A stretch of 63,007 nt of DNA, the filler included, from Phoronis australis (lineage: Eukaryota; Animalia; Phoronida), in the NCBI GenBank assembly GCA_002633005.1. It is 6 parts of 6 records of this genome, joined end to end, with 100 filler letters (N's around TTAATTAATTAA, not from the genome) between each part and the next. Parts side by side here need not be neighbours in the genome. Positions count along the whole stretch, not along the records: positions 34,762 to 61,170 come from NMRA01000580.1; 5 more parts are not named here. One strand, 5' to 3'. Below are positions 38,461 to 52,039 of the stretch, one piece after another (position 1 is the first letter of the stretch; each line of letters begins with the position of its first letter). The notes under the pieces are model-generated. The model saw nothing but the letters and a program-made list of their open reading frames with translations. It was not told the DNA's origin and searched no databases. The position numbers and the translations under genes were made by a program.

Positions 38461-39339
38461 TAAATCAATTTTTGTATACTTTTACAGACACTGGCACGAC
38501 ATTCAAAGTAAACAAATATTAAACTTACCAGAATCGGAAGTTCACTATCAAAATCCTTCACTATTCTGTCACACACACTGGTTTCAAACTGTAGAAAATA
38601 TCTAAACAACTCAAGTGTTTTTCAACGGAAATTTCAAAATGGCGGTTTTCTAATGACAGTCATCTGGTGGAAAGTTTTCTTTAAAAAAGTAAAATTACGC
38701 TGTAATACATCTGCCGGTAAAGTTTTCTTTTATGAGAACTGGAAAATTTTACTGTCACACATCTGATGGTATTTTTTAAAAAAAACTTCAGTCTTCAGTG
38801 TTGAATTAGTAAGAGCCCTCCAGTCGGCAAGCCTGTAACTGCCTTCATGTTTCAAGTCTGTGTTTACCGCTCAAGCATTACAATGCCAGTATCGGGTGTT
38901 TACTGGCGAAGCGGTATGGAAAGGTTCACTCGGTTAGTGTCGTTGGACGGTATTGAACAATTAGTGGTCAAGAAACGTAAAGCGGTATGCGGTACACGCG
39001 GTATGAACCAACAAATATCCAGTATTGGGCCAATACTGTCATGTTTACTGGATAGGCAGAAGCAATAAAGTTCCATGATCGGTTAAATGACAGTGTACAC
39101 AGATCACACAATTGGGCTGGTTACGTATGGAGAGTACATGCTGATAAATCCACTGAAATCTTTTGTGCGCTAAAAGACACTTCGCGGCGCTTTCGAGCTT
39201 TACTTCAGCAGGCTTTTCCGCGATATGCAGCTGTAGTTTACAAGGAATAATATGTGTTGCATTCTACAAATCATTCTTGCCAATTAATGCGGAGTACAGG
39301 CTACAGTTCACAATTTTCGAGCACAAAGTAAGTCTGCCT

Positions 39340-40092
39340 GGGAAGATATTTGCTTGATCTTGTTATCTTCAGTTGAATCAAAATGTTTCCATGATGGATC
39401 CAAATTTTATTTATTGTGTGTGACTTCACGAGGCGCCGACAGCGAGCAAACAGACTGGATCTCCGTTTGGTCAAATTTTCGTTTATGTACAGTGGTCTGT
39501 CTTGAGATCTGAGTTTACTTTTATGGTGGAGAAACATGGCACGGGTGTTGTAAGCTATGATACGATCGGTCTTGACTACGGATTGGGTTTCTTGGGTCCT
39601 AGTCTATGAGATCTACATATGTCTTCGTAACTAATATCGATATTTATCATCTTATCGAGATCAATAACAGCTTTATCGGTGTCCCCTTTGCGTTCATTTT
39701 CTGGCTCGTTGACTCCATGGATTACTATATTATTTCTAAGAGAATATTGCTCGAGACTGTCCGCACTATTTTCGATGTCACTCACTTGAACCTTGAGGTC
39801 ATGAATCTGGTCGTCCTTTTCCTTCAGTTTGGATTAATAGAAGCTAGCTCTTAGTCTCGTTAAGGGTAAGGTCTATCAGTTGCTCTCTCAAAGTTTTGAT
39901 CACTTCGGGCGATGTTAGTGCCTTTTGAAACCTCAGAATTTCAGGATCACTTTCACAAGTACTGCGATCTACCTCACGGACTGGGGTAATACTTCTAAAA
40001 TCTAGTGTAGTTTGCGTCATCTTCTTAGTAATCGCATTTAATGCAGCACGTGCTTTCGGTACTAGGTACCTTTTTCTATTTTCGTCCTCCAT
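39340..40092 (-). pseudogene. Decayed LINE ORF1 (L1-ORF1/Transposase_22-like: coiled coil, RRM, CTD)
   Basis: LEQYSLRNNIVIHGVNEPENE, DICRSHRLG and LYINENLTKRRSSLFARCR...KIWIHHGNI are spread over three frames with stops. Confidence 0.85.
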
Positions 40093-41819
40093 GGTTTGAT
40101 ATTATGTCTTGTTTCTCGTGAAATTGAGTGGATTTTTTTCAGAAATTCAAATTCACATCTGGCGCGAAAAAGTCACCATACAGTCAATTCCAGTTTCCGA
40201 CGATATAAGTGTTATTGAGTTGTGGCAAACACGACTGAATGAGACTAATTCCGAAAAGAGGCATGTAAGATAACAGGCACGTGCGTCAACACCCCCCCCC
40301 CTCCCCAGCCCCTTATTTTGTAAATGAAGGCTCTACCACCTGTCACCTGAGAAAAAAGCTGTTAATGCCCGTACTGATCTGCCTATGACTACGCACCCTC
40401 GCCAATCACAGAACCCCCTGGAAACATTTTCTCTAGACTTGACAAACAGAGTAATTTACAGGACTGTCCTATTGTCCTCTAATAATGATATGGTCACTCA
40501 CAAGTTCCTATATTTTGAGAACCAGATGTCTCAGCTGAACAAAAGGCATCAGTTTCAGTAGGTCAAACCAATATCAAATAATTGACACGTTTCGACGCTA
40601 AAAAACCCAGTGATTTTATTAAAATTTATAGCATGCGTCACCTACATGTATTCACTTCCTGGAGAACTGTGTGTACAAGTATATTCGGGAAATGAAACAA
40701 TTTGTAAATAAATTGCGGTATTTAAGAAAACACCACATAAAATCCTAGTAATTCCAAATATTACGCAATCGTTATTCAATAATTAACTGTGCTTTGTTTC
40801 AGTAGGGTAACGAGGAAATATTACTATACGCATTTACATAAAAAATAGTCTCGCAAAACGAGAATTTTGCGAAATTTTAATAGTAGCTTGTTCTCGGAAG
40901 GTTTCCAGCACACTTAGGCTGGAGGACCCAGGTTTGTTTGTAAATTAGTACTTCGTTTACATATACACAATTCAATGTGACCGAAATTGGCGATCATTCA
41001 TGCAACACATTATTGTCTGAGTTTGGCAGCGGCCGAAGTTAAGAAAACTTCAATCTTAGCTCACCATTTCGGTTTTGAGGTCACCAAATATTAGTACCGC
41101 GGTCGTCCGATATATGTCGCTTGCAATGTGGCTCGTGATGCTTACGCACGTCTGGTAGGTCACCACCAAAAAACGGCAAAGAAACGCGACTGTCACAGTG
41201 AGAAACTGGGGATTTTTAATGTATTGTTACTTATTCAATAACTTCTTATTTTATATTAGAAAGTAAGCATGCATTGCGTTGTATTCAAGAATTTTTTAAC
41301 CAGTCATGTTGGAATAGAGCGCTTTCTTCAGAATTGTCACAGTTCCCTCAGGCGCCAGGCACCAATTGCTCGTTTTGTTTATGCATATCGGCCCCACTTT
41401 AATCATCTGAAAATAACTACCCCAGTCATGATCTCAGTGTGACAAGCTGTCACAACTCATCTGCTATTGGCACGCAGTCGGCATAGCACGTCCACTGTTC
41501 GATACTTATAAACACGATTCTCACTACTAACATCTATCACCGTGTTGTGTACGTAAACGCATTTACCGAAGTAAGTACGCCGTCTACACTCAATTCAAAC
41601 ACAGAGCTGCACTGAGATATAATGTATGTGCTAACAATCTTTACTGAAACTTAGATTCACCCGTTGCCCTGTCTCGCTGAAAAGGACCTACATGTATGTT
41701 CTAAAAACAGATGTTCTACAAATTGGTCCTACTACCGATGTGCGCGCTGATGTCCGCGGTAACTTAGTAGACACCTTGGATTAAAACATTTTCACTCTCT
41801 ATTGCACATATAGTCCGAT

Positions 41820-42790
41820 TACCTCTCGTCGTCAGTCTCCAAAGGTCGTCCGCCATCTTGTTTCGCGTGCAGCGCTGCCACGCGGGACTTAGCGTTCCAA
41901 TTTGGAACGCTCGTCTGCACGTTAGGTACTAACCTCTCGGGAGAAACACGCGTGGAAGAACTGAGACTAAAATTAATGCATTTACCGACTGTTTTTTTGA
42001 GACCACTTAAAAACTTGTTGATTTTACTAATGCACTTTTTTGNNNNNNNNNNNNNNNNNNNNNNNNNNNNNNNNNNNNNNNNNNNNNNNNNNNNNNNNNN
42101 NNNNNNNNNNNNNNNNNNNNNNNNNNNNNNNNNNNNNNNNNNNNNNNNNNNNNNNNNNNNNNNNNNNNNNNNNNNNNNNNNNNNNNNNNNNNNNNNNNNN
42201 NNNNNNNNNNNNNNNNNNNNNNNNNNNNNNNNNNNNNNNNNNNNNNNNNNNNNNNNNNNNNNNNNNNNNNNNNNNNNNNNNNNNNNNNNNNNNNNNNNNN
42301 NNNNNNNNNNNNNNNNNNNNNNNNNNNNNNNNNNNNNNNNNNNNNNNNNNNNNNNNNNNNNNNNNNNNNNNNNNNNNNNNNNNNNNNNNNNNNNNNNNNN
42401 NNNNNNNNNNNNNNNNNNNNNNNNNNNNNNNNNNNNNNNNNNNNNNNNNNNNNNNNNNNNNNNNNNNNNNNNNNNNNNNNNNNNNNNNNNNNNNNNNNNN
42501 NNNNNNNNNNNNNNNNNNNNNNNNNNNNNNNNNNNNNNNNNNNNNNNNNNNNNNNNNNNNNNNNNNNNNNNNNNNNNNNNNNNNNNNNNNNNNNNNNNNN
42601 NNNNNNNNNNNNNNNNNNTTGAACAACTCGGCTTAAGTAAAAGAAAACGTTTGAATCAACGAATACTATATATTTGTGAGAGTTAAATCAAGTCCTATTC
42701 AGATCATAACTTTGAAGTGGAATAATTGGGTGAGTAAGACAACAAGCCGGTTTTATGCTTAGGCGGACGACTATAGGGTTTCGGAGTGTA
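41820..42790 (+). mobile_element. Second copy of the 20625-21770 element (middle lost in an N gap)
   Basis: Both flanks of the gap match the first copy. Confidence 0.75.
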
Positions 42791-44959
42791 CGTCTTTTAT
42801 AAGCGCAAATTTCGTTTGAAAGACATTGATATTGTAATGATATGAGCAGCGGAGCACTGAAATAAGTGATGGGTTATAGACCCCCTCCCAGCCCCGTATA
42901 GTGCGCCTCCCATGAATAAAGGTGCAAAACAGACAGTTGCAACTCGAAAAGAGATTTTTATAAATCTTTATTAAACGAGATACAAATACCACCAGAACGT
43001 GATTGGCAACTTTGGCAATCTATTCACACCCACAAACCCATCAGTGGTAGGGTTCATTTGCAACTTCAAATTATCTTAAAGTAAAGGGGCCAACTTTCAG
43101 TGAAATCCTTAATTTTAAAATTTTTGTATGGTATGTCCTTTTCAATTCTGAAATGCAGTAATCAAAGACTTTCCTTTTAAAATATTCAAAATTTTAATTC
43201 GCATTTTAAGTCAATGCCAATGGACACGAACATCTCCTAAAGGTAAAATCTCATTGATTATATTTTCGTAGTCGAATTTGCTTGAAGGTTTGACTGAATT
43301 ATGAAGTTCCGTCGATGTACGCTTTATTGTGAACAGTCCATGATTCACAAAGATACAGCTACATACTGCCGCAGCGTACACTGACTCTTTCTCGAAAATG
43401 ATGTGGGCGGCACTCCAATGGATGAGGACAAACCACCGAGGGGTGAGTGGTGGCTTGAGGCTGTGTGACATTTTGGCAACGAAGGGTGGGGGCTGTTGCG
43501 CTCGAAATTTCTGGCGATCGGGGGCAAAGGATAACAGCTGAGCCACTGAGGTACTGTAATATTTTCGGTGAATCTTTATGAAAAAAAACTAGTTAGAGAT
43601 AAATAATAAAAACTGTAAGGGTTTTATGATACACATGTACGACAGTTTATCCCATACGCGTTGAATCAGTCGAGTGTAATACGGCCATGTAATAACGCTT
43701 TCGGTGTTCACCTTCCGCACTACTTCAACAGCGACCTCTGACTTGGAAAGTTCAAAAGGTAGGTAAATGTCGACTCAACGGCGTTAGGCGGTTTGATCAT
43801 CTAACTTTCCGAACGTCATCATCATTTGTATACATGTATATAACAAGAAATCATATATGCCAATTCAACAAAAAAGAACGACTTAAATCCATCTTAAACC
43901 TATCTTGCTTACAGTTACCGCTACACTCAATATGTACTTTGAACTAAACAATACGCAACACAAATTAACAAATCAACTTACACATTACAAAAGTTTGTCT
44001 ACTCAATTAAAGCCTATCTTCATCGGTAACACATGTCAATTTGGTTCCCGTAGTATGTTAAGAGCATCTCTCGGAGCCCACTAGTGCCATAAATTGCCAA
44101 ATGTAACGAACTGTTAGGCGTATTGCCTTGCTTTTGTCTACGTCACCGCGAGAATCACCTTTTAATTCAGACAGCTGCGAATAACACCCGCACGCAATGG
44201 TGTTCTATTTGGACCCTATTCAATGCAACCTTTTGTTGTTTGTGCTAGGATCTCGTGGTGACGCAACATGGCACGAAAAGGCAGCTTCCCTTATCATTTG
44301 ACGGGTTACATTTGCGTGACTGAACTCGCGTTTTCTTATTTTACTAAGGCTTTGCTGGGACTGTCTGTTTAGCCCAATACATCTAAAATAACAAAATTCC
44401 GTTGAAGTTAGACTTTAAAATACAATTTAAACAGTTCAGCAGTCTGTGCGGTGCTAACATATGAGTTCCTGAGCCACAGCAAAAGCCAACATTCTGTCAA
44501 ACTTGAATTCAACAGTGCAGTAAGAATCATGGTTTTAGACAATACAGCAAACGTTTTAGCAATGGCGGACTTTGAAAACAAGCTCAGGCGTAGCTTATTT
44601 ACCCAGATACTGACAATCCAGAACGAACTTTTAAACCATAAAATTAAATTGCAATATATAAAAAATGGTCGCCAATTTCGAGGTCCAACGGCACCTCACT
44701 GACCAAATATACTGTAGGGTCTTTGCGCCCCGGGATGATGGCTGATCAAGCCAAACTGAGTCAGCCGTGTCTACATCGGTATTGTATGGCGAGACAAGTG
44801 GCCAGTGATTATTATTCCACGGCAACCCTCTGTTAGAGGTATGACAGATATAAAGCATCATGATATTCATACAAGATTATAAAACTGTTTAAATAACCAT
44901 TGCACCTGTCTCTGTGCCTGTGTTTTGGGTCATGAAACATCGCAGTAGTCCCAAACACT

Positions 44960-45101
44960 TCGATAGAGTTACTAAATCTATCGATACAGATAGTAAGTCT
45001 ATCGATAGAGCTGGTAAGTTTATCGAAAGAGATAGTTAGTCCATCGATAGAGATAGTAAGTCTATCGATAGAGTTAAAAAGTCTATCGATAGAGTTAGTA
45101 A
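44960..45101. repeat. 21-bp minisatellite, ~7 units, consensus TCTATCGATAGAGATAGTAAG
   Basis: Clear 21-bp periodicity with the palindromic core CTATCGATAG. Confidence 0.85.
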
Positions 45102-45736
45102 CGGAGACAGAAGTTGCCGTGCTGTCATCGTAAAGTCATGTCGCTGGTCTATGGGAAGTACATGTATGACACATAACACAAGACCGTTCTTATCCCTGTC
45201 AACGTTGGCAACCTGCCTGGACCCCATGTTTGTCCTAATTAATTTGCATTTCACAGCATGGGGCGGTCAAATGGTGAATAGACAGATTGGTATTTTCAAA
45301 TGTTCAATATGCAATTAGCGCAACACATACAAATCCGTTAATCCAGAGCTCCAGAACATTTCTAGATTTTATTTAAGTAAACTCAATTGAAAATTGCAAT
45401 TTTTCGTGTTTTAAAACAAGTAAGCTCAACTGAAACATTTTAGTCCAAATAAAGCTCCTATTCAACCCGATATTTTCAAACTCAACTTAGCTTAATACGA
45501 ATTTCGTAATTTAATTTCTATTTTGGGGATGCAGCATGTCCTAAAATGGCCCCGGTAGTGAGTGACACCTGATTGCTGCCAAATGTGAGATTTCCGCCCA
45601 CGTTGTAGAAAATCTTAAAAAATAGTAGTAAAATGAGTCAAGCACATCCAAGGCTGAAAGTTACGAAATGTTAATATTGTAGGGATATCTCTCGACTAAC
45701 GAAACTCATTCGGTGTTCTGAATTGGTGAGTGTAAA

Positions 45737-47080
45737 CATAGATTACGTGTACAACAGATTCGCAACTCCGACATTTTCTTACGTACTATCCTAGAGGAGG
45801 CGCCACTCACCTAAATTGCCACTTTCAGTTCCATTTAGAGTATTGTGACGGGAAATTCAGGCATCTACTTTACTGCCAAGTACAACAAAAAAAAACAAAT
45901 TCGGCATTGAAACGCTGTTCAATGAAAGCGAATCTTTAGAATGTATGATCACATAGTCACAATTTACGCTTTTTGTACTCGAGGCATCCAAAATTCCCTC
46001 ATTCCGCCAGTTTGTTCTTTGTAAAGACACCAAACTTTCTAGGTATATTCTTGAAATACGAAAAGAGAAAGATAACTCTCGGAACACTTTTTGAGTGGGT
46101 TTTGGTGACTTACTGATGATTCACTCTCGTGATCTGATATGACTTGATCACGCGCCATTTCACACTATTTTAAAGCCTTGGGACGTAAGTAATAACATGT
46201 TGTTTCCAGACCACTAGATATCTCAAATTTTTTTCAAAATAAGACTGATGGGAACACTACAACCACCACGCACATGCGAACTTGTGTGTCAGTGCTTTGA
46301 AATTTCAACCTGTGGACATAACTTGAACGTGTTTACGCTGCTCGAGGCACGTTTTCGTGCCACCGAAAAATAAAATTAATGCTACAGCGTGATTCTAAAA
46401 TGAAAGTACATATATGCCGTAAGTCCCAAGAGACCCGTGGACCGCCAACTCCGTATACTTTCAAAGGACGAAATCTTCTGGGGCCCGTTCCAACAAAACT
46501 GACTAAGCTAAGACAAATCTTAAATTTTAGTAAATTTTAAGACAAAACTTAAATTTGTCTCGGGACCGTTTCAAGAAAGAGGTCTTGAGTTTGAATTAAG
46601 TTTTTGATAAAAGTTTTGTCCTAATTTTAACTATCTCAAAGGATGTGGAAGTCTCAAAGTATGGAAGTTAAGACAAATCTTAGACTTAAGTCGAAAATGA
46701 ACTTAAGTCAGTTTCTTGGAATAGGCTCTTACGCATAAGCCGTCACGTCATTATTCACTTGCGACACCTGGACAAATTATCTGGTGTTATTTCTGACAAG
46801 TGCGTCGTCTGATAATCTTGGTCGGTTATTGTGTGGTCGGATGGTAGTAGCATTGCTACAAGTAATTACGAAACTAACAGTTCTACTATTGGAAGACTTT
46901 GAACAGCGTTTCAATGCCAAAACATTTTTTTCGTTGTACTGGACAACAAAGTAGATTCTAGAATTTACCGTCAAAAACACTAAACGGAAACTGCACCAGA
47001 TAATTTAGGAGAGTGGCGCCTTCTCCAGGATAGTACACAAGAAAATGTCAGAGTTGCGAATCTGTTGTCTATAATCTATG
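45737..47080. mobile_element. ~1.35-kb non-autonomous DNA transposon with long imperfect TIRs (CATAGATT...AATCTATG)
   Basis: caacagattcgcaactccgacattttctt...ctatcctagaggaggcgccact is mirrored by agtggcgccttctccaggatag...aagaaaatgtcagagttgcgaatctgttg. Confidence 0.7.
46481..46728. mobile_element. Harbinger-like MITE nested in the 45737-47080 element
   Basis: TIRs GGGCCCGTTCCAACAAAACTGAC / GTCAGTTTCTTGGAATAGGCTC; internal TAAGACAAATCTTA palindromic units. Confidence 0.65.
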
Positions 47081-48354
47081 GTAGCACAAAATCAAACTCC
47101 CTACTGTGGCTAATAAAACAACTATTGATGAAAAGTGGACGAAAACGAAAATGGTGATTGTGATCAGGACTGTCGTAACGCATAACACTTGATTATGCAT
47201 GGCATTATGGCATATAGAGCACACAGACGTGCGACGAAGAAAATGTCGCCATAAGTCTTTAAAAACTCGAGAACTATGAAGTGAATCGAGAAATGGATAA
47301 CGCAACCACTCAAATGTGTGAAGGGACCTATCACCATGGCAAATTTCAAATAAAAAATTAATAGACTGCACGGCGAAACGAAACAAAGGGTAGTAAAACG
47401 CTCTAGACAGCGCCAGCTGTTTTCCGATTTCGACCAAGAATAACGAGGCCGCATGGTCAGAATTTTACCATTCTGCTTAGCTACGATATGATAGGTATCA
47501 TCAATATTTCCATTTGTCTCTTACTTCTCTTTTCTCTGTAACTTGTTAGAAAAATATTCATTCAAATCCTGCTCAATTCCAACTTCCAGTTTACGAGATA
47601 TGAAAAATGATATAACAGATCTACCGCTGCGACATGTAGCTTAAGTAGTATGGTAAGTTGTTTAGGAGGCCCGTTTTTGCGGGTTCTCGGTAAAAAGTCA
47701 TGGGTCAAAGGGAAAGGTCAAAGGCCACGTGTAATGGATGCAACCGGAAGAGACATCATCCGCCTTCCGGACGGAGGTGCCAATGACGTCACACCTCTTT
47801 ACGTAATAGATTTAATTGGACCCGTTAGAAAGGGATCTCGATCCAAGGTCAAGGTCATGTGTGTAAGGGGTAGACGTCGGTAAATCAGAAGGTCGAATTG
47901 GAAACCACGTCACTGCTGACGTTATCAGGTAGGTTAGGGCGTGGCACAGTCCACCACCCGGGTGTTATGAAAAATTACATCGTGTTTTTTCAACTGTTCG
48001 AAAGCGTAAACAAAATAGTGATTACGGTACTGAAAAAGAACACAAGGTGGATCACCTTATTTGGCGTGCCCCACGTACTGTCGTCGTTGTATATTGCTCT
48101 CATCTCTCAACAACAGATGTTGCGTATAACCAATGAAAGACGATAAGGAGATAACCACCCAACTCAACAACAGATGTCGCGTAAAGTCTTACCCAGGTAC
48201 CGACGGTACTAAACTAATAATAATAACAACGTATGTCAAATTTTCACACAGCTCTGGATCTCACGAAAGCTTTGATATGTGAGAAATGCGAGTCAGCAAT
48301 GCTCCAACAGTTTGTTACTGGAAAATTGTAAGCGACTGCCTGCTAATTAACTGT

Positions 48355-49185
48355 TGCTTCATTCGAGAGACTGGACAATTGGCCATTGACTTTGAAAACA
48401 TGTGAAGAATTGTGTCCATGGTTTTTTGCATTTGGACATATGAATTACTCACGCTGGATGTCTTTTTTCTTATGAGCCATGACACAACTTCCACAGACCC
48501 ACCCTTCAGTGCACAAAGCTTTCATGGAAGGTAAATTTGTTGTTCAACGTACAGGAAGTTTTCTTTGACCAGAGCCAAGAGCACAGTATCAAGTTCTTAA
48601 AGGAGGGCAGTGGTGTAAAGGGACTCTACAGGAAGGCAAGGAAATGGTCTAGCTCTCAAAGTCAGAAGTGTTGGGGTTAATTAATGAGTATCCTGAGTCT
48701 TCTGTTGCTGTACCTTATGAAGGAGGGTCGAGTTGTCAATCCATGAGACTGGCTCAGATCTCATTACTTTGGACACTGGTGAGATCATGGATCCTGAGAT
48801 CATCAACTGCCTTAGGGAAGCTCCGAACATTGGTCAAATCAAATTCACAGAAATTGTTACCAAACCGTTGTCTGACATCATCCCAAGGACCAACTGGTTT
48901 ACTTTCGCCAACAGACCATCCACTGATTTGAAGAAGGATAGTGACAAGCTGGGATCTGCCAAAGCGAATACGGCTCTCATCACCAAAGATGTTTATGTCA
49001 CTCCAAGCCTCTCCTGGAATAGAGATCTTAGATTTTTCAAGCACGAAAATCAGCCTGAACCCCCATCATTATGCGGTAGAGGTTAACTTCGGTCAAGAAC
49101 CATATCTGATATTCTTTCATGTCTGCCTGGCATGCCCGTTCCTTGCTGATCTCTAGCAGTCAAGAAAGCTTCTCTAGTGCTCGGT
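48355..49185 (+). pseudogene. Decayed DNA-transposon transposase, probably Academ-like
   Basis: ELCPWFFAFGHMNYSRW, LPQTHPSVHKAFMEGKFVVQRT, DQSQEHSIKFLK, LITLDTGEIM and FFKHENQPEPPSL appear in order through stops and frameshifts. The superfamily call is from motif memory. Confidence 0.75.
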
Positions 49186-51615
49186 GAGTCCGCCATAATC
49201 TATTACATAAAATGCATCGTTTGCACAAACTCCGTCTCCCCCGCTCCACTACAGACCTTCGTTGCGCCCGTTTCGGCAACGCCTTGGTCCCAGGTATTGC
49301 TTCGGCCCCCTAATAGGATTCGATGTGTATAGTATTTTTCTCGCGGGCCGTTTTTTCTCGGACGCGGAGGTGGGTGGCCAGCTTCGTAATGGCCTTGGTG
49401 ACGTTAATCGGTCGGCTCAACGGCCTGGGTGACATTACTCCGTCAGCTAAATTTCTCTCCCTCCGGCTTTTGTCGCGTACACTGTATATAATTCATCGGG
49501 CCTGTTGCTGCCCAAATTAATGATGCCTCATTAAAAATTGTTTACTCATCCTTGAGTAAACTAAATTATTTACCCGGGTGTTGGAACATTGGCGTTCTTC
49601 AGTTATTCTGTTGCTTAAATTGCAATGCGTTCTTTGGGCGCCATTGTGTCACCTGTTGGCCAATTTCCGTGTTCTTCAATCAACTGAGAGGTTGCGTACA
49701 GATCATAACAATCGGATGTGGTTTCATTTCGTTGCAAGTTCTTACTATTTTAATACCAGAAAACCCAATTTCAGAACAAACTCTCGAGAGATATCGCAAA
49801 GTTTTAGAAAATGGCGAGTAGGCCTACGTGCGTCACGAGTATGCACCGTTTTCCTTTGTTAACGTTTATAGAATTTTTACTTCTATGAACACCTGTAACG
49901 GGTAAGGTGAATGTTAAAGTCATTTGATCCGTTTGTAGACGTTTTAAAAACATCGTGAATCTGCATAAAAGCCATTGAAACATACTCTCTGACACTTAAT
50001 TAGAACTTTTCGTAAGTATGGGGTCGATCTGCTGCCTATACATATTTTTTCTTTTATTTTTTATTTTCTTAAAATCTGCGTGATCAAAACAAACGAATGT
50101 TGCCCATAATGCTGTGCGGTTTGACCTTTCGGCAACTAATCAGCTGTTTCCGGTACTGCTCCGAAGAAGAGAAGTTCGCCTTAACCAGGTAATTTATTCG
50201 TTTCTTGAACATTTTGATGACGNNNNNNNNNNNNNNNNNNNNNNNNNNNNNNNNNNNNNNNNNNNNNNNNNNNNNNNNNNNNNNNNNNNNNNNNNNNNNN
50301 NNNNNNNNNNNNNNNNNNNNNNNNNNNNNNNNNNNNNNNNNNNNNNNNNNNNNNNNNNNNNNNNNNNNNNNNNNNNNNNNNNNNNNNNNNNNNNNNNNNN
50401 NNNNNNNNNNNNNNNNNNNNNNNNNNNNNNNNNNNNNNNNNNNNNNNNNNNNNNNNNNNNNNNNNNNNNNNNNNNNNNNNNNNNNNNNNNNNNNNNNNNN
50501 NNNNNNNNNNNNNNNNNNNNNNNNNNNNNNNNNNNNNNNNNNNNNNNNNNNNNNNNNNNNNNNNNNNNNNNNNNNNNNNNNNNNNNNNNNNNNNNNNNNN
50601 NNNNNNNNNNNNNNNNNNNNNNNNNNNNNNNNNNNNNNNNNNNNNNNNNNNNNNNNNNNNNNNNNNNNNNNNNNNNNNNNNNNNNNNNNNNNNNNNNNNN
50701 NNNNNNNNNNNNNNNNNNNNNNNNNNNNNNNNNNNNNNNNNNNNNNNNNNNNNNNNNNNNNNNNNNNNNNNNNNNNNNNNNNNNNNNNNNNNNNNNNNNN
50801 NNNNNNNNNNNNNNNNNNNNNNNNNNNNNNNNNNNNNNNNNNNNNNNNNNNNNNNNNNNNNNNNNNNNNNNNNNNNNNNNNNNNNNNNNNNNNNNNNNNN
50901 NNNNNNNNNNNNNNNNNNNNNNNNNNNNNNNNNNNNNNNNNNNNNNNNNNNNNNNNNNNNNNNNNNNNNNNNNNNNNNNNNNNNNNNNNNNNNNNNNNNN
51001 NNNNNNNNNNNNNNNNNNNNNNNAAAACAAACGAATGTTGCCCATAATGCTGTGCGGTTTGACCTTTCGGCAACTAATCAGCTGTTTCCGGTACTGCTCC
51101 GAAGAAGAGAAGTTCTCCTTAACCAGGTAATTTATTCGTTTCTTGAACATTTTGATGACGATATTGCTCCCTGTATGAGCTGAACAGTCTAACTATTACT
51201 CTTAGAATTAGATGAAACCATTACCTGTGGGAAAATTACGTACTCAATTTCATAGTAATCGTTGTGATCGAGTCGAGGGAGTCTGCAGTGGTACCCAGCC
51301 AGCTAGCGGTATCAGCTAGGTACCACTGTGTGTTTTTCTTCAATAGAGCCCGAAATTCACACAGCCAGGGTAGTATATTTAGTATACAGATTTGTACCAA
51401 GGATAGCCCTAGCCCTATCAGTGGAGTGTAATGTCATTGTGGTTGGATAGACCCTGTTTGTCACTCAATGGTCGTGAGTTGAATTTCTACCTGCTGGCAG
51501 TTTTCAGACTTTGGACTTGAATTCCAAAACTATTTGTGGTTTTTCATTGCCATAAGAAAACCATCGTCTATCACCAGAGACTCTATATACACACTCTACT
51601 TGTATATTGTACTAG

Positions 51616-52039
51616 CAGGGGCACATTGGAGGATTTAAGGGGGGGGGCAAGAGGGCCATGGCCCCCCCTAAAATTCTCCCAGATACCATTTGGTAGTTCG
51701 GGGTGCAAATTGCTGATTAGCACATGCACCTTGAACAAACCCTGTTTACCGTTTGTTTTTTTAGTAATAAGATCCACAAACCCAAAACTTCGACACCCCC
51801 ACATTCCTACATCAGGCTGGGCTTGCGCATGTCGCAAAATTCTGGTTATTCCTGTGCCCTGGCCCCCCTAACTCAAAATACTGGATTCGCCCCTGGGGCA
51901 GTTCCAGGATTTTGAGTTGGGGGAACAGGGCAGAATATTGGCCAGGATTTAGTTCACCAAACATTTGCACCCCCGAACTGCCAAATGGGAACTGTGAGAA
52001 TTTTAGGGAGGCTATAGCCCCCCTCTAAATCTACCACTG
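51616..52039. mobile_element. Two abutting hAT-like MITEs of the CAGGGGCGGAT family in opposite orientation
   Basis: 51616-51895 ends GGATTCGCCCCTG. 51895-52039 starts ggggcagttccaggattttgag and ends AAATCTACCACTG. Confidence 0.7.

Noticed and set aside
41952-42686. Long ORFs made mostly of X (also at 6.3, 50.2-51.0 and 57.1 kb)
   Set aside because: They are open only because they span N gaps.
45120-45235. Minus-strand QTWG...LCYVSYMYFP resembling the MOXD1 EMC...YYP motif
   Set aside because: In-frame stop immediately after, the copper-ligand Met is absent and the spacing is wrong; probably chance.
47069-47454. Hydrophobic minus-strand ORFs (also 54965-55165)
   Set aside because: No recognisable family; hydrophobicity is explained by T-rich composition, and the second lies inside a TIR element.
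50086-51160. ~135-bp direct repeat
   Set aside because: It flanks the 50223-51023 gap; an assembly overlap artefact.
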